Source: Callorhinchus milii
Taxonomy: Eukaryota
DNA: 64,000 bases
Direction of reading: 5' to 3'
Assembly (NCBI RefSeq): GCF_018977255.1
Contig: NW_024704743.1
Location: 94,056,001 to 94,120,000, forward strand
Position numbers and translations under genes: made by a program. The notes under the pieces are model-generated. The model searched no databases. It had not been told where the DNA came from and saw only the letters and a list, made by a program, of their open reading frames with translations. Position 1 is the stretch's first letter. Every line of letters begins with the position of its first letter. Of the stretch, positions 34,941 through 48,972 are shown in pieces.

Positions 34941-36253
34941 GTTCTGCATTCTATTACAATACCAACATACAGTATATATTGACAATATTTAGTTTAATTC
35001 GATGTGTACATTTTGACTTCACATTTTGTCAGTAAGATTTTGTAATATTAAGCTTATTCCTGAAAATCAGGAACCCTAATATCTGCCACTTTCACAAAAG
35101 CATAGCAAATATTTTTTGTACCTTTTTTAATCACACATGCCTGTGTTATTTATCTAGGGCTGCTCTAAAAACAAAGATTTAAACTATTAATCCTGTTTGT
35201 TATTTGGGATTATATTCATAGGCAGACTTTGTTACACCCAAACCAATTTGTGAAGATACAGCAAAGCCTTTCAGCAAAAATTAATCCTTACATTTGTTAT
35301 GTGCCTTTCACATTAGGAGGATGTCTCAAAATACTTCACTGGATACACTGTAAAGGGTAGTGATTGTTTTATAGACAGGGTAGAATTGACACCAGCCAAT
35401 TTTGCACGGCAGTGTCCCAAAACAGCCACAAAGTGAATGACGAATTTCATCTGAGTAATTGTTGGTTATCTGAGGGACTGTTGGCCAGGACACTGGGAGA
35501 AACTCCCTTCTCTTTTCAAACAATGCCATGGATATTTATTATCCACCTGGACAGGCAGATAAGACCTCAGTTTAACCTCATCAGAAGAAATGAACCTCCA
35601 ACAATGCAGCACACCTCAAGCTGCTGCACTCACCTACAAACACAAACATTACACTTTATTGTAAATCATGTGAAGCCCTTTGAGATATTTTGATGATGTG
35701 ATAAGGCGCTATATGAAAGGCAAGGAATATTATTTACAATACATTATACATTTATAGCGCCTTTCATGTTGGAAGGATGTCTCAAAACATTTGACACTGG
35801 GGATGGGAGCCGAAAAGACTGGGGAGGGGAAAGATTACTGAAGGTGCCTCAAAGAGGTACGTCTTGAATCAGGCCTTGAACAAAAAATTTCAACCCCCAA
35901 TTCCCACTTTTACTTATTTTGGGTACTATTCTCTATTAAGCAATTCCCTCTGCTGGTTTGCACTGCTGGTGACTTGACACTCAACAATGAACCTGTTCTA
36001 ATCAGCAGATAAATCTTTCCATTCCCCAAGAGAACCATCTAAGTGATGTGCTTTATCTACTGGCCAAGATCTGAGTGACAGGGAATCTCCACAGCCAGCC
36101 TTGAACGTGTAGCTTGTAGCTTGATGTCCTGCACAGGTTGACCCAGGAAAGTCCAGGCCCGCTCACTCATCCATTAACATCACTGTTTTCTTTTAATGTG
36201 GTCAGTGGGATTTGAAATATCCAGGAAATAGCACAAGGTTCAATAATACATAC

Positions 36254-36368
36254 CTTTACTTTTATAGTGCTCTGTGGCAGGGCTGGATATTGCAGGAACA
36301 CTTCCAGTTGCATTTTTGTAAGAGGCGTTGTCACAGGTTGGACACATTGACGACAGTAAAGGGATTTT
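36254..36368 (-). CDS. SPIDR: SPIDR exon (KSLYCRQCVQPVTTPLTKMQLEVFLQYPALPQSTIKVK)
   Basis: ttacag acceptor, gtatgt donor. 115 nt, phase 2/0. Second CxxC pair and the L.VFL...KVK pattern. Confidence 0.9.
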
Positions 36369-36396
36369 CTGTAACATGAACAATAGGACCTTCAGA

Positions 36397-36665
36397 ATAA
36401 TAATAATAATCCTTGCATTTGATATAACGCTTTTCACGTCTTCTCGACTTCTCAAAGCGCTTCACAGAATATGCTGTTAAGTGAATTGACTGTATATTTC
36501 TGGGCGAAATGCGGCAGCCAATTGCGCATAGCAGCGTCCCACAAACAGTCGTGGATTGAGTGACCAAACTATAATTATTTTGAAGGGATTATTATCCCCG
36601 GAAAGCGATCCGCCAATCGACTAACAAGTGAGTTCCTACTTACTACTAGATAAACAGAGGCGTGC
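36397..36665 (-). mobile_element. Same SINE family, 5'-truncated, about 30 nt from a SPIDR acceptor
   Basis: Body and tail homology. Confidence 0.8.
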
Positions 36666-39600
36666 GAGCAGCCCAAGCTTACTTACAGGTCCAGGTATAG
36701 AAAAATGATGGGAGCTTGTTTGTCACTTTAATGGGTTTGGTAGCTCAGACTATTGGTAGAAACACATGTGACAGAGTGGCAGGAATAACGTTTAAGCCCT
36801 AATTCTCTTCAAAGCAAGTTCCTGACTTTAGTTGGTTTCTGACTAGCTGCTCTCTCCAGCTGCCAGCATACCAGGTGCTTCACTACTGGATGGGAAAGTT
36901 AGACAGGAAGCCACCTGGCAATAGTCTCTCTAGCACATTACCAAATAACCAGACATTGAGAAGTGCCTGGGAATGAGTAACCTGCCCACACATAGCTCCT
37001 GCTAACCAGCTACTGTAAGCGGGGTTCCTTGGAGCTGAACTGGCTCGATGGTGACATGCCTGGCAACGGTAGTTCCTGAGCCAGGTGGGTCAGTAGTATT
37101 CCAGGGCACTGCTGATGACTGCACAGCCAGCCTGGCACATCGGCAGGATCTGGAAGGACAGACCAGTCACTGGGGGGGTGGGAGTCATCCCACTCAGCTC
37201 CTGTTCACACTGCAAGCAAAAGCCCTAATGGGTAGGGTGGTCCTAGCTGGACAAGCAGTGGGAAAGCTTGCCGGACAGCAATACCAACGGCAAGCTATGC
37301 GGTTTTAGCTGGTTAGACTCCAGCAGTACCCCAACGCACACTCTGGGGTCACAAAGTCCTGGCTCTTGCCAACCTGCACAAAATACTTTCCGGAATTAGG
37401 TAAGCAGGATGCATCCCTCCAGGGAGAGAGTGCGCATTTCATTCCAACAATCTATCTCTGGGATTTTCATGTGTAGGTGGGATACATGGAAATCTCAGCT
37501 TGGTTTGGATACGCCCTTGCCTCCTTCAAGGCATGCCTCAAGATCCTCCTCTTCGACTGTGCCTTTAGCCACCCTCCTACCTACTCGGTCCTCCACTCTC
37601 CCTGATCCCAACAGTTTGTTAAAAGTATATCTAAAAACACAAGTAATGTTTTATTTATATTTATTCACACGAGTTCAACTATTAAAATGACGAGTTTTGT
37701 AGTTCATCAGTTATAAAACATTATTAGATATTTCGGTCTTTTTTGGAAAAAAAGGTCTAGCAATTGTGGGTTCTTTTACCTTCTTAGTTTGTATCCCTTT
37801 TTTCCTCCCTTTCCACACTATTTTAACCCACTCACAAATGTCATGGTACAGGTACATTGATACTGGAAGCTCTGAAACTCCTGTTCAGAAGCCACAAGGG
37901 AGGTAATGCAGTAATGGATTATGTGGAAAAAGGATTGAGGACATGTATTAACAGTTACACAAATCATTAAGGAACTCCTACAAAGATACATAAATGTTAG
38001 TTGCAATTTTAGTATTAGTATTCTTGGGAAACTTTTTGCCAAATCATTTGATAAAACCAACAACATCAAAATTTACATTGCACCTTTCACGTTGGGAGGA
38101 CATTCCAAGGCTCTTTCAGTCAAAAGTTTGCACTAGTGATGTGAGTTGGATTCAGGATGGGCCGGTGGAAAAGATAATCGAAGGAGCAGTCAAAGAGGAA
38201 GGTCTTGAGACACACCTTCAAGGAGGCGAGGTATGGGACTCTTGGGTGGAGTTCCAGAGAGCAGGAGCAGAGGCTGAATGAAGGCTTTAAAGGAGCAGTA
38301 ATCTAATCATTGCTCATTTTCGGGCTGCTTTACTTCATATGCTGTGAGCAGACAAAATATCCTGAATCCACTCAGAGTCAAATATTCAAAATAAAGAGAC
38401 CGGCGGAATACTGAGTAGCTGGCAGGATATTTTGTAACATTTAAAAGGAACACAATAGCTCCACGTGTATACGTGACACATAAAACACAAACATTCAAAT
38501 AAATTTCAAGAGCCGGTGTGAAGTAACCAGGACAAACCTATAGTCAGGAGCCATCAGGGATGCTTTGGCATTGAAGCTGTTCTGAGAACTGAGTCGTCCC
38601 ATAAAACTGCCCAACTGAGCCACCATTGCCTTTAAACAGCACAAATTCCATGCAGGAGTTTTATATTTATAGGTAGCAAATGTTGATAGACAGAGAATTT
38701 CATATCAGATGACTATTTCCCTGTGATATGCACTTAAAGAAAATAAGCCTTTGCTACATTTCAAATCAGATAGTAAAACACAACTTCAGTTTAAATCATG
38801 TATGATTAAAATTTTAATTTCCGACAAGCAGCCCGCCAGACAAATACTGTATATAAAAAACCTTAAAAAACTTTTAATCAGGAGCCATTAGAAGTAAAAA
38901 GTATAAGTAATAACATAGATCAGTCATGCAAGTTGGGGTTCAATGGTTGCTCAAATTGTAAAGATTAATTTCTCCATTCTGCACAATATTAGCCAGTCAA
39001 TGGATTATTACTAAGGGAGTTTCACATGGCAGAGCGGGGAATAGGTTTGTCATGGCAGGAATGATTGTCAGATGCTGAGGGAATGGCATTCTCCTACAAA
39101 CACCAATTAAATGAGCAGCTGATTAATTTGAAAATTGGGTGAATTTGGATGAGATGGGGATATTGATCAGACCAGGAGATATTTCCTATTCCCTATAAGG
39201 TATTCAATATGGCAGAATATCACATTACAGCATCAACATCCAGAACAGAGTTTGATGAGTAGTGAATGTTTTCATGCAGCCAAACTTAGCAGCATGTCTG
39301 CACCAATAACAACCTATAAACAACAAACCCCCCAATAAATATAATTTGTTGCGGGTGTAATTGGATGAAGGAGGAATATTGCCCAGGAAACAAATATGAC
39401 AAGGAACTGAAAGGAAATTTAAGAATTGGAAAAGAGTAAAAGTGTGTGTGTGTGTGTGGGGGGGGTGAAGAAGCTAGGCAGAGAAGGTGGGTACAGAATG
39501 CTGGCCAATACCTACATCCAGAGGGACCCCAGATTAGGCACAATTACACCAAACTTTCTGTTTTTCTTTCTGTAGTCTCTTGGCTGGTAATATGTAGCCA

Positions 39601-40060
39601 TTCTCTTCAATTGGACATAACTGTGCTCTCTCCCTCTCTCTCTCTCTCACACACACACACAGAGTGTCTCTCAAGGCCAGATGTCTCACAGTCTCGAACC
39701 ACGTGAATTAGTTTACAAGCTTTCCCTATTCAAGTTTTGCCAATGGCTTCCATCCAATCAGTTACTGTCACCAACATTTCCTTTACGCTCGAGCTTTTCC
39801 ATATGGTTTAGATCACGTCACAGGAAGGGGGAGGAGGTGTCACAAGATCATGACGCCAAACGAGAGCTGCTTGAACATCACTTTTTATTTGGGTCTAATA
39901 TTCCTGTGTTTATTAAATATTTTACAACCGTTCCCTCTGCGTCATGACAAAAATGTCTGGAACAAGCATTTTCAAAGTAGTGTAAAGACAGAAATCTCAA
40001 AACAAAATTTATGTAGGTTTTTCTTCTCAGTTAACCTCAGTTATATTTTTTTATACTGAC

Positions 40061-40154
40061 CTTTCTCCAGTTTTCTTTTCCAGTTTTTCACTTCCACATC
40101 TGTTGCAAACTATCCAGGAAAAAGCTGTAGTCTCGTCCACCCCAACCACAGTCC
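40061..40154 (-). CDS. SPIDR: SPIDR exon (GTVVGVDETTAFSWIVCNRCGSEKLEKKTGER)
   Basis: tttcag acceptor, gtcagt donor. 94 nt, phase 1/2. Resembles GTVVGVDESTAFSW.VC..CG, the first CxxC pair. Confidence 0.93.
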
Positions 40155-40889
40155 CTGAAAAACAGAATTAATCTTGTAACTCTTGCTTATACATGTGCCA
40201 CTGTCTCAAAATGAACACCATTGAAGAGTTGGTCTAAATAGAGCCACATCATTAAAGGCAGCACTGCTGAAATGAATTAAAGTTCATGCAGTTTAAAGAG
40301 CAAATATCATAACCTGCTTCACCTTTATCATAATCTCTTTCGCCTTTATTAAATATTTCATTAAAAAAAACAAATATCTTAACACGGTGAATAATGATGA
40401 ACTGAATTAGATAATGTAATGGGTCAGAGCAGAGTTCTTGGAGGCTGGCGTGACATTCAGAGTTCCTTGCATGAGAAGCACTTTATGTCTGAGGGGCCTT
40501 TAGGTGGGCAAGGAGCCACTGAGGCGCTGCCATTTTCCTGACAAACCCTTTTTAAACAGGGAATCAATCTCACTTGTGCTCAATCATTTTATTCAAAGCT
40601 TGCCATATTTCTGTTCATGTGTTTTTGTTAAGTAATATTTAAAATGTTGTCAGCTTCCAAATTGGAAATATAGTACAAACTTTCCTGGAGTGGGTGGCCT
40701 CTAGGCAGGTCCAAACCCCATCCCCATCTCAATGGAGCTTCTCTGAGTTGAAGCCATTTGAGCTTTTTTGAAATGGAGGCAGGCATCAAGGTAATGTACA
40801 AAGTCCAGGATTCTTCATCACAAGGATTTCCCTTCTTTTTGTCTAGGCAGAGTACCTTAAAGAGAAAGGAGTTCCCCTTGGCGACCCTT

Positions 40890-41085
40890 CCTCGAGAGAA
40901 GGGGAGACATGAAAGAGAGGAGGCAAGAGACAGAGGGGGAAGACAAGAAGAGACAAGAGACTGAGAGGTGGGGAGACAGCAGAGAGGGAAACAAGGGAGA
41001 GAGAGAGACGGGGGGAGACAAGCGGGAAAAAGTGAGGGAGCCGAGAAAGAGAGAGGGGAGAAAAGAAAGCTAAAGAGAGGCAGAC
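40890..41085. repeat. GA-rich polypurine low-complexity tract in a SPIDR intron
   Basis: Seen directly. Confidence 0.7.
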
Positions 41086-41306
41086 CATCTCACCTTGTCT
41101 CAGATTGTCTCTTTCACTCTCTCTCTTGGTTCCCGCCCCACACCTCTCTCCGCTAACTGTGCTCCAACAGTCACTGATGACATTACACCTGGCTTTAGGC
41201 CAAGAGAGAATTTTTTAAAAAGGGGCTTTTTGCACTTTATTTGAGCTTTTTCTGGGTGCACTTTAAAGAGCTAAATGTCCCAAAAATGAGACAGGGATAC
41301 ACTTAC

Positions 41307-41459
41307 CTTGTACAGTGCACAGTGAGCACATTTTGGTTGCAATGCTGAGTTCGTCAAGTGTAACAGGTCCAGTCACTTGGGAAAACTCTTGCTCTCTACT
41401 ACTGTCAAGCACAGAGTTGTAGAGTGAAAGGACAGTTCCTTCTGCACACACAATATTAT
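41307..41459 (-). CDS. SPIDR: SPIDR exon (NIVCAEGTVLSL...GPVTLDELSIATKMCSLCTVQG)
   Basis: ctgcag acceptor, gtaagt donor. 153 nt, phase 1/1. Confidence 0.9.
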
Positions 41460-42269
41460 CTGCAGAACAAAAGAACAGCTCTCAAATTACAACAAACATT
41501 ACAGATAGATAAACCAGACATTTCTGGGAAGGCATCTAGAGGGAGATTACTTGCCTTGTATTACGGAGCTATGTCACTTACTGTATGGGGCTACTTAACT
41601 CCAATTGTTATGACATAATATTCTTCATTTGTTTAACAACAGTCAGAAATGGTACGACTACATCCCATCTCCCAAGCCATGCATGACAAAAACAAGACAC
41701 ACAGGTTTGTTTGGCCTGCAATGCAGACGAGGGTCAAATCTTCCTCTTCAGTGGATCAGAAAGTGGATCTCCTTATCAATCAAATGCTAATCAGAATCTG
41801 CTTCCACTGTGGTTTTCAGGCATCTGAAGCCCAGCAACATGCATCCCACCAATTAAGGCAAACTGCAACTGCCCAACTGCAACCCACATCCTACCAAATC
41901 TTTGCAATTGTTTACATTTCTTTACTGCACAGGCCAGCGACTGGGCATTACACAGATTTGAGAAGGGTTTGTTTATCGGTACAGTATAATCATTCTTCAT
42001 TGTTTTCCAATCTGGATAGAATCTTTAGGGGGCCCATCCTTAATGAAGGGTTCAAGATGAATTTTGTGTTGTGTTTCTACATTTAAAACAAATCCAGACT
42101 ATTACTGATTTGTTTCGAGTCCCCAGCTCAAAGCACCTTTTTCAAGTGAATGGAGCTGTTCTAGTAAAACCCAAATCAAATGTTAGTTGGTTTGTTTAAG
42201 CGCTTTGAGACGCTACTCTGCGTGAAGGGCTCTATAAGTACAAATTGGTGTTGTTGTTTCTCACTGTGT

Positions 42270-42770
42270 ACAACACCAACTTGCACTTACATAGCACCCT
42301 CCATGCAGGGTAGCGTCTCTGAGCGCTTAACAGTGATGGAGCCTGACTCCGATCTGGGGGGAGGGGGGAGGTAGTGTAAGAACCGTCGAACAGGAAAGTC
42401 TTCAGGCGGGACTTGAAAGAGGGGAGAGAGGTGGCAAGGTGGAGGGATTGTGGGAGAGTGTTCCAGAGTTTTGCGGCGTAGTGGCTGAAAGCACAACCTC
42501 CAATGGTGGGGTGGAGGTTGCGAGGGATGAGCAGGAGGCCAGTGCCAGTCGAGCGGAGGCACCTGGTGGTGGATTGGGGAGTGAGGAGGTCGGAGAGGTA
42601 GGGAGGTGTCAGGGAGTGAATGGATTTGAACAAGAGAATGAGGATCTTGAAGTCGATCGTTTCGGTGATGGGGAGCCTGTGGAGCCTGGCCAAAATTGGT
42701 GAGATGTGGGTACGGAGTTTGGTCCGGGTCAGTATGTGGGCGCAGAGTTTTGAATGAGCTGGTGTACAAA
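42270..42770 (-). mobile_element. Old L2 3' fragment
   Basis: HISPILARLHRLPI...FKILIL...LWNTLP...FKSRLKTFLF. Confidence 0.8.
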
Positions 42771-43164
42771 TGAAACAAATGTACAAATGGTGTCCAAAAC
42801 AAATGGTGTGAGGCAGCAATAAACAAGGCAACCACAAAGCTAACAACATTGCTTCAGGTCAGTTCAGAGCCCCCGAATTCAAGCTCAAACTGTAAAAAGG
42901 TCTCATCGGGCTAATCTGGAGAACTGTGTGTACAGTACAGTGATCACAAAACAAGTGTGTGTGGGGGGTATAGAGGAGGGGCTAGCCAGGCCCTAGAAGT
43001 AGTGAAGAGGAGAGCAATGAGACTCACAAGAACAATTAGATAAGTTCGGGCTGTTCAGCTTCGCAGAGACATCTGAGAAGGGAGCTTGTAAAAGCTTATA
43101 AGATGTTATACAACACTGAGAAAGTAAACCCAGAATAATCCTCTCAGAGATAGCAAGGCAGCCA

Positions 43165-43790
43165 CCCTTGATTCCAGGACCACTGCTGTCCTCACAGACT
43201 GCCTGTCGGGCATCAAGTCCTGGATGAGAGCTAACTTCCTGCAGGTTGAATTTCAACAAGACAGAGGCCCTCCTGCTTGGCTCCTGTCATCACCTCCATA
43301 CCTCAGGCACTGGCAGAATCTCCGTCCATGGATGCACTCTACATCTCACGGAGCCAAGACAAAACCTCGATGTCCTGTTCGAACTCATCCATGTCGTGAC
43401 CCGCTTCACCTTTCCCCACCACAGGCTGCCGAGACCCTCATACACGCATTCATAACATCCAGGCTCGACTACGCAAACTCCCTGCTTGGCAAACTCTGCG
43501 CCTCCCCAACTCCTCCCTCCACAGGCTGCAGATCATCCAGAACTCTGCAGCCCGTGTCCTCTCCCTCACCAGGCACTGCAGCCTTATGACCCCCATCCTC
43601 GCCTGACTCCACTGGCTTCCCATCACACAGAGGATACAGATCAAGATCCTGGTCCTCACCTTCAAAGCCCTCCATGGCCTTGCTCCCCCTATCACTGCAA
43701 CCTTCTATCCCCCTACCAACCTGCCTGCTCCCTCCGCTAAGCAGGCTTCAGCCTGCTTCATGTCCCCCGCCTCATACGCCCCATTAGTGG
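43165..43790 (+). mobile_element. Old L2 fragment
   Basis: CLSGIKSWMRANFLQ, KTEALL and SRLDYANSLL motifs. Confidence 0.8.
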
Positions 43791-43831
43791 CATCCTACCT
43801 TTCCAGAATACACTAATAAAGCAAGTCTAAC

Positions 43832-44039
43832 CTTTTTCTACAATAGCATCCTTGAATAAGAGGGTGTGGGATGATCCATCATTCAGTTCTTTAGTAACTT
43901 CGGCACACAATACACAAAATGAGGTTACACAGACTGGCAGGCTTCTGGGAACCAGGGGATCATGGGTTGAGGATTGTAGTGTTGAATCAGTCACAAACAC
44001 CCAATTTTCTCCGCTGATTTGTTGATTGGCAGTTTGAGC
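43832..44039 (-). CDS. SPIDR: SPIDR exon (AQTANQQISGENWVFVTDSTLQ...HTLLFKDAIVEK)
   Basis: tttcag acceptor, gttag donor. 208 nt, phase 0/1. Resembles SPIDR WLLVTDVTLQ...HSLFFKDAL. Confidence 0.88.
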
Positions 44040-44181
44040 CTGAAAATAAATAGTGCAATATTCAGAAACAGGTTTTAACATGTGCATCGTACAGTTATTA
44101 GTTCATGAGCAGAAAGAAAGCTTTTCTACATAGCATGTATGAAATAGTGTTGGAGACAGAAACAACAAAAAATTGATCAAT

Positions 44182-44715
44182 AACAACAACTTGAACTTAT
44201 ACAGCTCCCGACATGCAGGGTAGAGTCTTAGAGCGCTTACCAATGGCAGAGCCTGTGTGGGGGGGGGGGGGGGGGGGGGAGATGACCGTAAGCACGGCTG
44301 AAAAGGAAGGTATTCAGGCAGGAATTGAAAAAGGGAAGAGAGTGGACAAGGCCGAGGGATTGAGGGAAAGTGTTTCACAGTTTCATGGCTCGACCTCTAA
44401 TGGTGGAGCAGAGAGTGCGAGGGACAAGCAGGAGGCCGGAGCCAGTCGAGTGGAGGCGCTGGGTAGTGGATTGGAGAGTGACGAGGTCGGAGAGGTAGGG
44501 AGGTGTCAGGGAGTGAATGGATTTGAACACAAGTGTGAAGATCTCAAAGTCAATCTGTTCGGTGATGGGGAGTCAGTGGAGCCTGGCCAGAACTGGTGAG
44601 ATGTGGGTAAGGAGTTTGGTCTGGGTAAGCATGCGGGCAGCAGAGTTCTGAATGAGCTGGATTTTTTGCATAGTGGAGCTGGAGTACCGGCAAGGAGTGT
44701 ATTTGAATAATCCAT
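44182..44715 (-). mobile_element. Old L2 3' fragment
   Basis: Nucleotide similarity to 42270-42770; LDYSNTLLAG remnant; L2 tail. Confidence 0.75.
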
Positions 44716-46069
44716 TTATGATTTCAGTAATTCATTTATGGAGTGGCCCTGAACCCACGACAGTGAATTTATTTGTTAAAATTTGTTTAAGTTATGTATG
44801 TTTCCCCGGCCTCTCAAGGTTGCTCTCTCTCTCGCTCAGCCAGCTCCCGAGCACTGTGGACACCACATCTGAGCATGCATGTCCAATCTCTGCCAAGCGC
44901 CTGCATCTGACACAGGATAGGAGGTCATAGTGCAGCCTTCCAATAGACCATAGGCCTCTGTGATCCATGTCAGCATCCATGCCCAACCTTGGCTGAGCAT
45001 CTGTGACTGGTGTGGGCACTCAGTGGAAGTTGGGTGGGAATGCTCAGATGCATCGCTGAGGCTTCTGCATAAAGGTCTGCACTGTGGACTCCTGCCCTAG
45101 CTTTCGCTGAGGCCTCTGTTTATTGGAGGGCCGTGCTATGGCCTCTGTTCCTATCCTGTCCTGCTCTATCCTGGGATAGGATGGGGCACAAGACCATGGA
45201 GCGAATTTCCAATAGACCAGAGGCCTCTGCGATGCATCTGAGCATGTGAGCCCAACCACCACTGAACACCCGCACCAGTTCCAGGTTAGGGCAGGAGGCC
45301 CCCGGGATGCAAGACACATCATGTAGGATGAGTTATCCAATCAATTTTACATTGATTGTACTTACAAAAAATTCTAGAATGGAACAAGTTGCATGTTAAG
45401 CAGAATGACAAGCAAAGGGTGTCCCTTATTAATATTTTGCATGGGAACCAGTTAAGCCGGGACAAGTTATCCAGAGTTTACCCTAGTTTACTGAACATTT
45501 ATTGCCTCCTATTGTGCTTTCACAAATGCTTCCCTTTATTTCAGTGAGAGAATACATACATTATTATGATGAAGCTGAAATAAAATAGTCAATTCACTTT
45601 ACTGTATACTCTGTGAAGCGCTTTGAGACATCTCGAAGACGTGATAAGACACTATATCAAATGCAAGGATTATTATTATTATTTAATATCCACACAAAGA
45701 AATTGCCTCAGCCTTGTTACTTCAGAATGTTACCATCTACACGTATTTTAGAGGAGAACAAAGTTTAGGTCCCACTTACTTTGGATATTGTATTAACACT
45801 TACATGTACTTTCATAATTGGCTGCAAAATAGTTACATAGAATTACATAGAATGTTACAGCACAGAAACCAATCACAGAAACCAATCATTGGGACCGACT
45901 TGTCCATGCTGGTGATGTACTCCCTGTGAGCTTCTACTCCTCTTAATCCCTTCTTCCACACCCCTCTATTCCCTTCTCCATTATTCCCATTAGTTGAAAG
46001 GATGGGGTGCATGTAGGCATTAAATATGTTACAAGTCCAGAAAACAGACAGTGGTTGTTTTTGAGTAGT

Positions 46070-46770
46070 CATAGAATCATAGAATATGACAGCACAGAAG
46101 GAGACCATTTGGCCCATCGTGCCTGCGCCGGCTCTTTGGAAGAGCTACCTACTCAGTCCCACTCTCCCACTCTTTCCCATTATGCTTGCAAATTTTTCTT
46201 TCTCAAGTACCTATCAAATTCACTTTTGAAAGTTGTTTTTGAATCTGTTTCCACCACCCTTTCAGGCAGTGCATTCCAGACCATGACAACTCTCTGTGTA
46301 AAAAAAACTTCTCCTCATCTCCCTTCTGGTATTTTTGCCAATTATCTTGAATCTATCTACCCTGGTTACTGACCCAGCTGCCAGTGGAAACAGTTTCTCC
46401 TTATCTACTCTATCAAAACCCCTCATAATTTTGAACATCTCTATTAAATCTCCCCTTAACCTTCTCTGATCTAAGGAGAACAATCCCAGCTTTAGTCTCC
46501 ACATAACTAAAATCCCTTATCCCTGGTACTCTCTCTTCTGGTAAATCTCTTCTGCACCCTTTCCAATTGGACACAATACTCTAGCTGAGGCCTAACCAGT
46601 GACTTATAAAGATTTAGCAGAACTTCCTTGCTTTTTTTACTCTATGCATCTATTTATAAAGCAAATGATTCAATTTGCTTTTTTAACAGCTCTATCAACC
46701 TGTCATGCCACCTTCAAAGACCTGTGTATGTGAACCCCCATGTCTCTATGCTCCTATACCCCCTTTAAAA
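46070..46770 (-). mobile_element. CR1-clade LINE 3' fragment
   Basis: LGLFSLDQRRLRGDLIEMFKIMRGFDRVD motif; (ATTCTATG)n-type tail. Confidence 0.88.
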
Positions 46771-47507
46771 CTGTACTGTACTTGTCAAGTGGCTATTCTT
46801 TATAAGGAAGTGAGCTAAGTATGCTATGTGCGCAGGATGTAGAAGGATTAAGTGACTCATAACCCAATCCTGCCTACATCCTACAAACGTTTTCAGAATA
46901 GAGGTTTGTCTAGAATTCTTCTTTGTTACTACCACCAGGAAAGGGATTTGTGGCTGCAAACACAGGGGCTAGTTAAACTATGTGGGGCAAAGCAAGTAGG
47001 GGCTTACATATTGGCGGGTCAGGCTCAAGGGGCCGAATGGCCTACTCCTGCTCCTATTTCTTATGCTCTTATTTACTCAGAGGCACAGACTTTGTATCAA
47101 TTTGTTTTTAAGGGCAATTAAATATACATTTGAAGTTAAAAAAACTCCAAGATGTAAATATTTAGAACTGTCCCAGCACACTGCATTCTGGGCTGGCCCA
47201 TAGAGATACCATGAAACCCCAAAATAGGCAATAGTTCTGGAATGGTTCTTAGCACAAATTGGTAGTTTAATCTATTGTTGTGGATCCCATCTCTAAGTTG
47301 GATCAAGCCTCGGGAAACAAGTGCTTTGAGACATTTTTAAGTGATAAGCACCATATCAAATGCAAGGGATTATTATTAATAAATCTTTAATATTATTATT
47401 CATTGATATGAGAAATAAATCATCTATTCACTGAAATTAAATTTGTCATTTTTGATTTTACTTCCAGCAACAGATAAGCTAATCTGTTACTGTTTACCTG
47501 TTCATAC

Positions 47508-47567
47508 CTGCAACCTTCTGTAGATGACTTCTGCGCTGAAACTGCACCGATGGCTTTCAGGAATATA
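47508..47567 (-). CDS. SPIDR: SPIDR exon (YIPESHRCSFSAEVIYRRLQ)
   Basis: ttttag acceptor, gtatg donor. 60 nt, phase 0/0. Resembles SPIDR RCSFYATVIY. Confidence 0.85.
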
Positions 47568-47709
47568 CTAAAATTAAGTATAAAACGATATTAAAAGTTA
47601 ACTCATGAAATACAATGGACATTACTTAAAATATTTAAATATATAGGCATTCTCTGCATGATGTATAGTTATATTTTAACATTAAATTATTTTTGAAGAT
47701 GTAACAATG

Positions 47710-48300
47710 ATCACAACTTTCATATAAAGCGCCTTTCACATCTTAAAAGTGCTTATTTGAGATGTCCTCCTAACATTTCCAGACTGGTTTACTGGGGACC
47801 CAAGCTGGGGGGTTAATGAGAGAAGAGGAGCTGAGGAGAAGGTGTGGAAACGCGACCGAAAGCATAATAGAAAAGCTAGGCCTTAAGGCGAGCTTTAAAG
47901 GTGGGGAGGGAGGGGTGAGGTGGAGGTACTCTGGAATGGAGTTCCAGAGAGGCAGAAAGGCTGAAATTCCTCCCACCAATGGATCAGGTCAGTTGGGTTG
48001 CAGGAAGATGCAGGATAGGGAGAGGCGGTGAGGGATTTGAACATGAGATTGACAATCTTGAATTTGATCCTCTCCTCAGCTCCCCTTCTCTCATAACCCC
48101 CCCACCCACCCCATCATGGGTTCCCAGTCAACCAGTGCGGAGATCCACTTGGCTTGTGTAACCAAACAGGGATTGGGATAATGGACTCCCAGAGCCTGCT
48201 GCAGAATTCTGGATGGTTTGTAGCTCGTGTAGGGAGGAGCTGAGAATTCAGAGAAGCATGCCATTGTAATAATTAAGCCTGGATGTGATGAAGGCTAGAC
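47710..48300 (-). mobile_element. Degraded L2 3' fragments
   Basis: L2 tail, LWNSIP remnant and QNSAA/RLDY-like nucleotide remnants. Confidence 0.55.
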
Positions 48301-48972
48301 CCCGTTGACATGATTCTTATTCAGAATTAAAAGTTTGAAATTGTATAAGCTAAATAATGAGCATTATATTGCATTTATAATTTTTAAAATTGCCATTTCA
48401 ACTTTTATCTCTCTCTTTTCCAAATATGCCTCTTGCACTCAGACTATCCTGCCTGGCAGGGGTGTTTACATCATGGAAATTATAAGCACAGAGGGAGGTC
48501 ATATAAGCCTATGTTAGTGTTAACTCCCCAATTATGCTGTCTAATGGCAATTATGTTTTCCTATGTTTTTCTATTTAATTGCCCAACTTTTTCCAATGTC
48601 CTCACCAGTTTTATGAATGAGGAACCAGGTCCTAGGATAACAAGCATGGGTTAATTTCTCCACACCCATGGGTGCAGCACCAGTTTACCTTGTGCTGAAC
48701 CTGGTAAACCAGCCAAATTCAGTTGCTTGTTGTGAGCCTGAATGTGAATTTTCAGTGGAGACTGGGCTGGACTCTCCCAGTGCTTGGCACAGAACAAGAA
48801 TGTGCTTCATAGGGCATTTATACTAGAATCTGCAACAAATCAAAGGCACATGGACTGGAACAACATCAACACCCCAAAAACCTTGCCAATATTGATACTG
48901 GAAACTCGCCATCAGTTAAGCCCTACATACAAGCTTAAAATCATTTTACATGTTCATAATATCTCCAGTTAC

